This document shows, piece after piece, positions 1 to 12,300 of a stretch of DNA of 64,000 nucleotides. The stretch is from assembly GCA_964016885.1 (NCBI GenBank), contig OZ024766.1, positions 14,322,001 to 14,386,000 of the forward strand. The letters run 5' to 3'. The notes below the pieces were generated by a model, which saw only the letters and a list, made by a program, of their open reading frames with translations, did not search any database and was not told the DNA's origin. The DNA is from Eledone cirrhosa (taxonomy: Eukaryota). The translations under genes were made by a program, and so were the position numbers. The number at the start of each line of letters is the position of its first letter. Position 1 is the stretch's first letter.

Positions 1-346
1 AAATATTATATTGTATTATATTAGAATTCTAACAATAATTAGTAAATATACGTAACATTAATATAAACTTAATACTTATTTACGTTACATGAGTTCATCC
101 TCTTTCTTCTCTCTATCTCTCTATCTATCTCATAACAGTAATTTTTTCTCTCTCTTTCTTCTCTTTCTTCCCTATCTTTCCCCAGCGTAATTTAAATAAA
201 CGGTTGTTTTTTCAATTTTTCATACATTCATTTGCATATTCACACATAACTTTGAATTACCCCTAATAAGTTTCCCCTATCCAGCGAATTTCCGACCGTT
301 AAGGTTGATTTCCATGGGTATGTCGTTATTTATAAAACAAATTTTG

Positions 347-411
347 TATTTTATCTGATGAAAGAGCACCAAGATTGACTTGGTCGCCCTTGAAATGTCT
401 ATAATAAAATA
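347..411 (+). ncRNA. Minimal type I hammerhead ribozyme motif (copy 1), Penelope/retrozyme-like
   Basis: Stem I TATTTTAT/ATAAAATA; core CTGATGA at 355-361; stem II containing ACCAAG/CTTGGT; GAAA at 392-395; very short stem III; UH (TA) at 402-403. Confidence 0.65.
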
Positions 412-1498
412 AATATGCAAAAGTTCTATTTAAATTGTTGGGATACAACGAGCAAATATGTTTATAACTGATATAAAGCACTCAACAAGTATTTGGAATA
501 AACATACGATATTAACAATCCTTTTGTATTTTATGTACTCAATTATATTATGTACTATATTGATTTATACTTCTCTCTATATGTGAGTATATATGTATAT
601 GTGTATATTGACATACATGTACATGTGTTCTATGCATTTTTATGAATATATGTCTGTCTGTATGCATGCGTGACGCGTATCTACCAATTGGCTGAGGATG
701 CACACACATGTATATATATGTATATGTAAGAATTGTGTGTGTACATGTACATGTATACCCATACAATTTGATTGCAGATAGACATAACTAACAGCCATAA
801 ATGCATAACAGCTAATCTTATATATTTATATATATATATATTAAAAAAAATTTGTTATAAAAAATATTTTATTTAATAACACAAAGGATGGATAACATTA
901 AATTAAAAATTCATTTATGCTTTGTATGTATATATTATATACGTGGTTAGATATGGTGTGTATTTTGTGAGTGTGTGTATATATATATTTATGTGTATTT
1001 TTGCGTGTGTGTACGTGTTATATGATATGTAGTTCTCTAGCAATATATAGATTTCTTAATGTTTAGATTCCAATTTTTAATATATTGATCTCAATTTTTA
1101 AACTAAATATCTAATCATAGTTAAACAATGATTAATTTCTCATATTATGTATGTATATTCCATTCATGATTATTAATATTTCTAATTTTATTTATTCATT
1201 TCATCTCAATTGTTAAGTTAACTTAATATGACATGACTTAATGTGTTCATTCTTTCCCCCTCTCTCTATCTCTCTCTCTGTCTGGTGTTTTGATATATCT
1301 CTCTCGTTTTTCTCTCCTTTTTCTTGCTTTCTTTCTCCCTTTTCTCTCTCTCCGTCTTTTTCCTTATCTGTAACACAACGACTTATTTTAAAAATACTAA
1401 TATAAGTAAACAACTCCACTATCCCTGAGTCTTCCAAAAGTAACGGTTGCATTTTGTAAGGGTATGTCAATATTTATTTATAAAACTGTTATATATTG

Positions 1499-1563
1499 TA
1501 TTTTGTCTGATGAAAGCATACCATAATTTAACATGGTATCCTCGAAATATGTATAATAAAATA
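1499..1563 (+). ncRNA. Minimal type I hammerhead ribozyme motif (copy 2)
   Basis: Stem I TATTTTGT/ATAAAATA; CTGATGA at 1507-1513; stem II ATACCAT/ATGGTAT; GAAA at 1544-1547; quasi-palindromic ATATGTAT stem III; UH at 1554-1555. The flanks resemble those of copy 1. Confidence 0.65.
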
Positions 1564-1631
1564 GATATGGTTTTATAAATATAGTTTCCATTTGTTAATA
1601 TCGTATAATAAAATAAATATAGTTTTATAAA

Positions 1632-2010
1632 TCATCATCACCGTTTTACGTCCGTTCTTCCATGCTAGCATGGGTTAGACGGGTTGTCCTGTTGTGGGCA
1701 GTGTCTGGTCGGCTGACCATGCCTTGCTCATACAGGAACTGATTTTGGCTTTTCTACAGCCGGATGCCCTTCCTAACACCAACCTCATTTACAGTGAGTG
1801 TTGCGTGCTTTTTTCCGTGGCGCCCACACGTCCACTTTACAGTGTGGGCTGGGTGCTTTTTCTGTGTGGCACCTCCACGACCACTTTGCAGTGGGAGGGT
1901 GTGGGGGCATATTGTCTATATGCTTCATCTTGAACCCATGGAAGGTCGGGTACTCTGTATTACTGCGTGACGCCAGAGGTCACGGTCGTGTGTCATCGCC
2001 TTTGAGAGGT
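1632..2010 (-). mobile_element. 3' fragment of RTE-class LINE, same subfamily as 34345-36992
   Basis: Near-identical reverse complement of 36598-36970, including the short (GAT)n tail. Confidence 0.85.
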
Positions 2011-2014
2011 GTGT

Positions 2015-2055
<41 letters not shown>

Positions 2056-2290
2056 AATAAATTATCGAGAATCGGAATCTCGGCCCATGAAATAATGAAA
2101 CACAATCAAAGTGCTCAATAGTTTGGATAAACCAGAGCTATAACTAACGTTTAAATACCAACACACTGAGATAATGCTTAAAATCATTCGCACAGCCGAA
2201 AAAACGACCAAGAAAATTCGGGTCAGACAAATAATAAATATATATATATATATTTTTTCTTTTAACATATATGTGTATATAAAATATATA

Positions 2291-2365
2291 CAGGGTCTCC
2301 CCAAAAATGTATACACACTTCAACTACAGTCTATGTAAGTGTGTATACATTTTGGGGGGACACTG
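2291..2365. mobile_element. 75-bp Tc1/mariner-type MITE
   Basis: TIRs CAGGGTCTCCCCAAAAATGTATACACACTT / AAGTGTGTATACATTTTGGGGGGACACTG, flanked by TA on both sides. Confidence 0.7.
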
Positions 2366-2819
2366 TAATATACATATCATTAAACGTATCTCCTACATGT
2401 GTATAAATAAATATACATGTATTTTATTAACAATTTTCTGTAGAATCTGTTAAACATGGAAGAAAATGTGGAGACTAAATAAAATTAACGTGTTGGTCAC
2501 ATTAACTTAATAATATAACTATATATTAATGAAATATGTCGAAATAAAAGTTGTAATTGTGACAAAAATATTGATTCGGTAGTTTATTATGACCAAGACT
2601 ACTCATTATCCCACTACATCTTTTGTATACTATATATATACTGTATATATACTGTTTATATATATATACACACACACATATAATTGCGTATTCACACATT
2701 ATCTTAGTAATGAAATAATAATTTTAGTAAATTGTTCACCAGGCAATTCCTTCCTCAATCATTACATAGATGTGTGTATGCAATAATTATTTTGTATTGT
2801 GTGTCTATTTAGAAATATG

Positions 2820-5482
2820 TATGTGTAGATGTGTGTGTGTGTAACACAGTAGATGTGTGTGTATGTAACACAATAGATGTGTGTGTATGTAACCCAGTAG
2901 ATGTGTGTGTATGTAACTCAGCAGATGTGTGTGTGTAACACAGTAGATGTGTGTGTATGTAACTCAGCAGATGTGTGTGTATGTAACACAGTAGATGTGT
3001 GTGTGTGTGTAACACAGTATATGTATGTGTATGTAACACACTAGATGTGTGTGTATATATAACACAGTAGATGTGTATGTAACACAGTAGATGTGTATAT
3101 ATAACACAGTAGATGTGTGTATATGTAACACAGTAGATGTGTATATATAACACAGTAGATGTGTATGTAACACAGTAGATGTGTATATATAACACAGTAG
3201 ATGTGTGTGTATGTAACACAGATGTGTGTATATGTAACACAGTAGATGTGTGTATGTAACACAGTAGATGTGTGTATGTAACACAGTAGATGTGTATATA
3301 TAACATAGTAGATGTGTGTGTATGTAACACAGATGTGCGTATGTAACTCAGCAGATGTGTGTGTGTAACACAGTAGATGTGTGTGTGTGTAACACAGTAG
3401 ATGTGTGTGTATGTAACTCAGCAGATGTGTGTGTATGTAACACAGTAGATGTGTGTGTAACACAGTATGTGTATGTAACACACTAGATGTGTGTGTATAT
3501 ATAACACAGTAGATGTGTATGTAACACAGTAGATGTATATATATAACACAGTAGATGTGTGTATATATAACACAGTAGATGTGTATGTAACACAGTGTAT
3601 ATATAACACAGTAGATGTGTGTATATGTAACACAGTAGATGTGTATATATAACACAGTAGATGTGTATGTAACACAGTAGATGTGTATATATAACACAGT
3701 AGATGTGTGTGTATGTAACACAGATGTGTGTGTATGTAACAAGTAGATGTGTGTATGTAACACAGTAGATGTGTATGTAACACAGTAGATGTGTATATAT
3801 ACCATAGTAGATGTGTGTGTATGTAACACAGATGTGTGTATGTAACTCAGCAGATGTATGTGTGTAACACAGTAGATGTGTATGTAACTCAGCAGATGTG
3901 TGTGTATGTAACTCAGCAGATGTGTGTGTATGTAACACAGTAGATGTGTGTGTGTGTGTAACACAGTATGTGTATGTAACAGACTAGATGTGTGTGTATA
4001 TATAACACAGTAGATGTGTATGTAACACAGTAGATGTGTATATATAACACAGTAGATGTGTGTATATGTAACACAGTAGATGTGTATATATAACACAGTA
4101 GATGTGTATGTAACACAGTAGATGTGTATATATAACACAGTAGATGTGTGTGTATGTAACACAGATGTGTGTGTATGTAACAAGTAGATGTGTGTATATA
4201 ACACCGTAGATGTGTATGTGTAACACAGTAGATGTGTATATATAACACAGTAGATGTGTGTGTATGTAACACAGATGTGTGTGTATGTAACAAGTAGATG
4301 TGTGTATGTAACACAGCAGATGTGTGTGTAACACAGTAGATGTGTGTGTATGTAACTCAGCAGATGTGTGTATGTAACAAGTAGATGTGTGTATGTAACA
4401 CAGTAGATGTGTATGTAACACAGTAGATGTGTATATATAACATAGTAGATGTGTGTGTATGTAACACAGATGTGTGTATGTAACTCAGCAGATGTGTGTG
4501 TGTAACACAGTAGATGTGTGTGTATGTAACTCAGCAGATGTGTGTGTATGTAACACAGTAGATGTGTGTGTGTGTGTAACACAGTATGTGATTGTAACAC
4601 ACTAGATGTGTGTGTGTATATAACACAGCAGATGTGTGTGTATATATAACACAGTAGATGTGTGTGTGTGTGTGTAACACAGTATGTGTATGTAACACAC
4701 TAGATGTGTGTGTATATATAACACAGTAGATGTGTATGTAACACAGTAGATGTGTATATATAACACAGTAGATGTGTGTATATGTAACACAGTAGATGTG
4801 TGTATGTAACACAGTAGATGTGTATGTAACACAGTAGATGTGTATATATAACATAGTAGATGTGTGTGTATGTAACACAGATGTGTGTATGTAACTCAGA
4901 TGTGTGTATGTAACACAGTAGATGTGTGTGTATGTAACTCAGCAGATGTGTGTGTATGTAACACAGTAGATGTGTGTGTGTGTGTAACACAGTATGTGTA
5001 TGTAACACACTAGATGTGTGTGTATATATAACACAGTAGATGTGTATGTAACACAGTAGATGTGTATATATAACACAGTAGATGTGTGTATATGTAACAC
5101 AGTAGATGTGTATATATAACACAGTAGATGTGTATGTAACACAGTAGATGTGTATATATAACACAGTAGATGTGTGTGTATGTAACAGATGTGTGTGTAT
5201 GTAACACAGTACATGTGTGTATGTAACACAGTAGATGTGTATGTAACACAGTAGATGTGTATATATAACACAGTAGATGTGTGTATATATAACACAGTAG
5301 ATGTGTGTGGATGTAACACAGTAGATGTGTGTATGTAACAGTATATGTATGTGTATGTAACACACTAGATGTGTGTGTATATGTAACACAGTAGATCTGT
5401 GTGTATGTAACACAGTAGATCTGTGTGTATGTAATACAGTACATGCATGTATGTAACACAGTAGATGTGGGTGTATGTAACT
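2820..5482. repeat. Minisatellite of variable 20-28 bp units (GTAACACAGTAGATGTGTGTAT-like)
   Basis: Directly visible tandem units; source of the spurious H/T/Y/C-rich ORFs. Confidence 0.95.
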
Positions 5483-6019
5483 AAAGTGTAACGTACGTTA
5501 CGAATGGACAACTAAAAGATTTTAACTTGTTTTTTAACAATTCATGGTGGAAAAAAATTTAAATTGTCTCAATTCAGACCATAAAGGGCCGCAACACACG
5601 GTGTTTGACGCACTTACCGGCTACATAGCCTCGGAGTCTATTTTACTGAGACCGGCTACATATCTTCTTCCTAAAATCTTCCAACATAATTTTATACAAG
5701 AACCACATATTAAGTTACTAATAAAATAATTAATAATTAAAAACTTCAGTAAATCCTTCCAATGATATCTCAGTAATGAAATAATTAATAATTGTTATAA
5801 ATACCTCAAAATTCCTCATTAATTAAACCCAAGACAGGTAAAAACTCCAGAGTCTTTCAATCGGACATGAAACAAATTAATTTCTAATGGAAGAAGTAAA
5901 GATTTTAAAGTCAGCCAAGGGAGATCACTCTCAGCGACTTATCGTAATTCTTGTTCCTGAATTAATCCGGATGAAAATATTCCGGTGTATTTTGTGTGGA
6001 GGAAACCGGATTTAGGCGG

Positions 6020-6245
6020 TGATAGCACGCAATACATGAACGTATGGTTCGTGAGTTCGAATCCCATACCGGGTGGTCTGTACGTCGGGGCCTTGAACAA
6101 GACACTTTATTTCTCATTGTTTTATTTCACCCAGCTGGCAAAAATAATAAGTTGTAATAATTATAGTGGAAATGTTGTTACATAGAATTGTCACACTGAA
6201 TCTCCCTGAGAAGAATGTCAACGGTATACGTGTCAATGAAATACT
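6020..6245 (+). mobile_element. Degenerate tRNA-derived SINE
   Basis: B-box-like GAGTTCGAATCCC followed by CCTTGAACAAGACACTTTATTTC, a motif shared with 46690, 53490 and 62930. Confidence 0.55.
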
Positions 6246-6339
6246 CAGACACATTATACTATAAGATGGGTTCTACATGTATTTCAAAGGGAAGCCATGC
6301 CATACGTCTTGCTGAATCTCCCTGAGAACTACGTATATA

Positions 6340-7070
6340 CTAGTGACTATCAGACATAGTGTATCTAGGATTACATTATCTAATGTACAGTACAGTAGTT
6401 AGTATTAGTGGCTATAAGACATAGTATATCTAGGACTACATTATCTAATGTACAGTATAGAAATTAGTATTACTGGCTATAAGACATAGTGTAACTAGGA
6501 CTACATTATCTAATGTACAGTATAGAAATTAGTATTAATGGCTATCAGACATAGTGTACCTAGGACTACATTATCTAATGTACAGTATAGTGTCTATCAG
6601 ACATAGTGTACCTAGGACTACATTATCTAATGTACAGTATAGTGGCTATCAGACATAGTGTACCTCGGACTACATTATCTAATGTACAGTATAGTGGCTA
6701 TCAGACATAGTGTATCTAGGACTACATTATCTAATGTACAGTATAGTATCTATCAGACATAGTGTATCTAGGATTACATTATCTAATGTACAGTATAGTA
6801 GCTATTAGACATAGTGTACCTAGGACTACATTATCTAATGTACAGTATAGTGGCTATCAGACATAGTGTATCTAGGACTACATTATATAATGTACAGTAT
6901 AGTGGCTATCAGACATAGTGTACCTAGGACTACATTGTCTAATGTACAGTATAGTGGCTATCAGATAGTGTACCTAGGACTACATTATATAATGCACAGT
7001 ATAATGGCTATCAGACATAGTGTACCTAGGACTACATTATCTAATGTACTATATAGCAGTTAGTAATTGT
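6340..7070. repeat. 52-bp minisatellite (GTGGCTATCAGACATAGTGTACCTAGGACTACATTATCTAATGTACAGTATA)
   Basis: About 13 visible tandem units. Confidence 0.95.
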
Positions 7071-7096
7071 GGCTATCATTATTATAGACTTCAAGT

Positions 7097-7265
7097 CGGT
7101 AGAGGGTCAGACGCCATGCTTTCCAGCATAGTTACGTACCTTTACGATCTGAGTTCAAATCCCGCCGAGGTTGACTTTGTCTTTCATCCTTAGGGGGTCG
7201 ATAAAATAAAGTACCAGTAATGCACTGGGTAATTGCTGGTCTTGTGCCTAAAGTAGAAACAATTA
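7097..7265 (+). mobile_element. tRNA-derived SINE (abundant local family)
   Basis: GAGTTCAAATCCC B box, then TTTCATCCTT..GGGGTCGATAAAATAAAGTACCAG; homologous to several other copies in the window. Confidence 0.8.
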
Positions 7266-7754
7266 TTATAGACTTCAAGTAAATCTTTGTCAACTTACCT
7301 CCTTCACATATAATCAATGTGTTGTGTTGTTAGTTGTTACTAAACAACCAAAGAAATAATCTCTTTGTTATCAAATTAGAAGTTTCAATGTTATCAGCTT
7401 TATTTCCCGACATTAACGTTGGTGTATCTTCTTCATCTTTAGTCATAAATTGATATCTTGTCAGAATGAAGTAGTGAGGATGACTTTATATCTTTAGCTA
7501 CAGATTTGATAGGAAATATATATAGATTAGGTTGATATGTGGTCTAAAATATATATATTGTCTATAAATGACTGATAGCAGATGTTCTGGTGAAATAGTA
7601 GTTTTACTACTACAGATTGTAATGGAACTCTTAGTAGACACAATTGTAAAGTAAGAATAGATATGACAGTGTAAGACTGATGTCGGGGAAATAAACTTGT
7701 GTATATATATATAATTGTTACACAAGATATAATTAGATTAATTAAAGTTATAAT

Positions 7755-7937
7755 TGTTTCTACTTTAGGCACAAGGCCAGCAAAGACCCAGTGCATTACT
7801 GGTACTTTATTTTATCGACCCCGTAAGGATGAAAGGCAAAGTCAACCTCGGCGGGATTTGAACTCAGATCGTAAAGGGACGTAACTATGCCGGAAAGCAT
7901 GGCGTCCGACCCTCTACCGATACTGCCAATTCACCGC
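7755..7937 (-). mobile_element. tRNA-derived SINE, inverted relative to 7097-7265
   Basis: Reverse complement of the 7097-7265 copy. Confidence 0.8.
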
Positions 7938-8835
7938 AATGAAGGCAGCAGGTACTCGGTATCGTTGCGCATGTTTCAACTCTCTTCCCGGTGTCATACG
8001 TTGAAAGTCCCTGATATAATTTAATACCTTCAGACACAGTTCCAATCGATTTTAGTTTATTGTAAATCAGAAAGTATCACTCAATAAAATATCAATTATA
8101 TATCAATAAGAAAACCTCTAGGTAGTCTCACTGACTGCTAGAAATAGCAGCGATATTACCCATTACAACTGCTCTCTCTCTATATATATATATATATACA
8201 CACATATATGTACGTATGTATGTATATGTGTATATATGTGTATCAATGAGTGTGTATGTGTGTATATGTGTACATAGGGTTTTGGTATATGTACGTTTGG
8301 TGAACATATGTGTATTTACCTGTAGGTATGTGTGAGTGTGCGTTCTATACGCATTTATGCGTGTATATTTATATATGTATTTATAATTATATGTATATAT
8401 ACACACACAAACATATATTTATATGTGTATTTGGTGCATATAATCGTATGTGTGCGGGTATATGTGTTGCGCCGGTTTACGTCCGTGTGCGCCTGTTTAT
8501 GTGTACGTATATGTATATGCATGCATGCCGTGAGTTTTCGCATATGCTCGTGTATAAATGTGTGTATGTATATATTTAATTATTATTACTTTTATGATTT
8601 TAATGACATCTGTCATTTTCGTTCAACTAATTTATTTACATTATTCTGGACTCCGAAGCCGAGCATCATTCAGTTTCCTTAATAGAATATTAGTCTACGA
8701 CTCCATTTACACCATAAACGTGGTTTTGTCTTTACGTGTAATTGTTGTCACCGCTCCACATAACGACGTATTATCTTCTTTTTCCCGTTCATTGCCAGGG
8801 AACGTCTTCACGAATCAAAGCATAAATTATTTTCC

Positions 8836-9396
8836 CGAGCTGACGTACCCAGCTTCGCCCGGGTAAACAGATGATAAAAGAAAAGGTCCCTATTTACTCC
8901 CTTCACAACTCTGTATGTTAGACTGACAGACAGGCACACAGACAGATAAACTGCGTGGCGATTGTGGAACGCCGCACGTATACACACATACACGCACACA
9001 AACTTACACACGCACCCGTGCACTTACACACACGCACACACTCACACATGTTGATAGTTTTTACTTTCTGTGGAACGCTGCACGCACGCACACATACATA
9101 AACATACGCGCACGTACATACACACGCACACATGTTAATAGTTATTGCTTTACTCCCCCTCTTATTTCCACACACATCACACACACACACGTCTCTACAC
9201 TGACACATATACATAGTGTATCCAACACAGCGTTCACTTTGCCTCTCTCTCGCCTCTCACTCTCTCATTGGCATTATACATATTAATTTAAGTTTGGCGT
9301 CGTTGAGGTGGGCGGAGTCGTTAGAAACCTATGAACCAATGATAATCGAGAATTATGACACACGGAATATTGACATTGTTGAAATTAATATATAGA
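8836..9396 (-). mobile_element. Non-autonomous internal-deletion Helitron derivative
   Basis: 8885-9396 matches 14820-15231 (5' end of the large Helitron, starting TC on the minus strand). 8838-8876 matches 9399-9437 (3' hairpin end; CTAG mutated to CTCG). Confidence 0.85.
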
Positions 9397-12300
9397 CTAG
9401 CTGACGTACCCAGCTTCGCCCGGGTAAACAGATGATAAGAGAAGACAGGTAAAAGAGAAAATGTCTGTATTGGATGTTTGTCTGGTTACAGTGTGAGGCG
9501 AGTCCGTGTTGTCTGTGTGATACAAAAAAACTGTAAAAGAAATCTTCCAGATATACCAGATTCTTCGTTGTCCGGTTTGTGCATAGTATATGAACAATTC
9601 TAGGTGCTCCCACCTAGAATAGTGACCTCTAGGAGATGGTTCCTCTTCGGCCTGACTGGAAAACGTGTATCATTGCATAGACGTGGTTGTTCCACGTTTC
9701 TCAAAAGGATGATGGAAGTTCCAATCTGTTATATTATATGTAGATATAGATATAGATAATTAATAAAAAAGATGTCCGTCAATGTAAAGAAGGTCCCTAT
9801 TTACTTGAAATGGTTTATACAAATGCCAAATTAATATGGATATGGATAACCTGCTTATCTATAAGTGGTCAGCTATAATAATAAACCAACAAATTATATG
9901 ACACAAACATTTATTCAGTAATTTCCAGGCTCTTAGCCACTGAGTAATAGACAGTCAATATTGCCCAGAGTTCAACTCGGGGAGGTGGCCTGGTTTGAAC
10001 TCAAAATGGCGGATCCTTCTACTTCGAAAATAGAATGGTTTTTCAATATTACTCTAGCCCTGGCCGGCCATAGGCACCAAACTTTTTGCCAGACTCAGCA
10101 TATGATGAGGTTTTATTACCACTGCAATCAGAAGCGATAAATTTGAAGGCAATTTCTACCAATACTTGTTGGTTTTTATTGCTCATTATCGACAATAAAT
10201 GACATTGAACATAAATGATAACTCTGCCAAAGCTCACAATACAGATGAAAGGAAACCAATGTCCGAATCATATACGTCGCTTATTGATAGCATTAAAGAT
10301 ATGCATACATCAGCTCAAAGCTTCATTATAGACAATATTTAGGTTTGTTCCTCTGTTAGTGGTATCAATTGCAAATTTTATACCATCAGGATCGCACACT
10401 CGAGATGCAGCAACATACAGTTGCCCATGGCTGGATCATTCAAGCAGACACCGACTCGCTTGAAAGTCTGTCCCTGTGCCTTGTTGACAGTCATGGAGAA
10501 GGCCAAATTGACGGGAAACTGTCTCCTTTGCCAAATAAATGGCAGCAGATCTTCACTTGGTCTCAGCATGATCCTCGGAATGAGAACCGATTCCTCTCTG
10601 CCTGGGAGTTTAGCTTCTAAAACTCTTCCGTTAATCAATCTCTCAACAATCAATCTGGTACCATTGCAAAGACCCATTTTATGATTGATATTTCTAAGCA
10701 ATATAATCGGCAAACCCTTTTTCAACCTCAAAATATGTGGGGGAAATCCGGGTATTTGAAGTGAATTCAGATACTCAGTCGGAACATCCATACTGTTCTG
10801 CTGATTAGGCTCCATTGCATCCGCACTGACGGTCAACCATTCCTCTCCAGGAAACATTCCGGCTACTTGTGAATTTATTTCAGCGACCGTTGCATTCGTA
10901 TGAGTTAGAATAACACGTTCCGATATTCAGGAGATATTCTGCCAAAAAGCATTCAAATTAGGGAACACCCAGTCAATCAAGCCTTGGCGGTCCAGTGGCA
11001 TGACCAAATGGTCTGGGATTTATACAGTCTGATTATCACCAGCGTGTGGCAATTCATCGTTTCCCAACTGCATCAACCATCGGCCGTATGTCTCAGCCTC
11101 TTCGTTTTGCCCGAACATAGGAAGTCGCATATTATCGTGTAATCGCAAAACTCTGAAATGGCGCCACAACGGGGACTTTTTCAGACATGCATTGACAATT
11201 TGTGCTCTTTGAGCATTCCTAACAATTGGTAGCACCTGTCTGAAATCGCCACCAACAACGATAGTCTTACCACTGAATGGCAGGTCACTACCGCAGATAT
11301 CTCTCAAAGTTCTGTCCAATGCCTCCAGCAAATATCTGTGTGCCATTGGAGCCTTGTCCCAAATAATCAGAGACGTATTGCGTATAAGGCCCGCGAGTTC
11401 ACTTTGTCCTGTAATATTACAGAAACTCAACTCATCTGGAGCCAATGGAGCCTTGAAGCATGAGTGGAAGGTCCTTCCACCACTCAGCAAAGTGGCAGCG
11501 ATGCCCCTGGTGGGCACAGGGAGAGCAATCTTCCTCTGAGCTCTGACTGCCGATAACATAGTGTTGAAACAGAATGTCTTTCCGGTGCCTCCTGGAACAT
11601 CTATGAAAGCACAAAGTTGCTCATTAGTGGAAATCGAGTGGAGAGCGCCATCGACCAATTCTCCGTGAGATTGGGTCAACATTGGCATACGTTCATCCAC
11701 AATACGTTGCTGTTCCAGTGGATCAAACTGGAATAGTTCCCTCCGATCGAGTGGCAACCGTCTAAGCTGCAATCTCATGTTCAATGCTAAGACACGTTGC
11801 CGCATTTCTTCATCAGGAATTGGTAAATTGAAATCTGTTAAACATTTCAAATGAACTTCGAGCAGTTGCTCAATATTGAGCAAAACAATAGCTTTCAGCA
11901 AATTTTCATCATAGACCTGAAGATGATGCCTAAAATCATCAGCCATAATTCCCCAATGGCGTTCAAATAACTCTCTTGGATCGGCAGGATTGCAGAATCC
12001 TAGAATAGTGACAAACAACTGCCTTATTCGAGCTGGCATCTGTGTTGTTCCTGCAGCTTCCATGGCGTTATTCCATTCAGCGTCATCCTGAAGGAGTCCC
12101 AGATGCTGACACACAGCCTGGTATCTTTTATATTCCACGCCATTGATTGTTTTCAAATCAGCGAAGCTCTGTTTACCTCTCGAAAAATCACTATGCAACA
12201 GAACTCGGAGATAAAACACATCACCAGATGCTGGATGGACATTACAAACCCGTCCAATAGTCATGAATCTCAACTTTTGTTTTCTATCATTCCATTTCTT

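Noticed and set aside
2809-5459. Long His/Thr/Tyr/Cys-rich ORFs
   Set aside because: Translations of a variable-length minisatellite, open in all three minus frames.
2820-5482. Shared CATCTACTGT 10-mer with the exon-derived 54-bp satellite
   Set aside because: Too short and low-complexity to support common origin.
7140-7175. tRNA genes suggested by B-box motifs
   Set aside because: No cloverleaf; these are SINE heads repeated many times with a common body.
7298-7498. Candidate downstream exon bounded by TGTAG and GTAAGT on the minus strand
   Set aside because: The frames I checked contain stops and there is no recognisable domain; it cannot be supported as CDS.
8558-8866. 102-aa plus-strand ORF
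   Set aside because: Starts in low-complexity sequence, ends inside the Helitron terminus, and has no recognisable motif.
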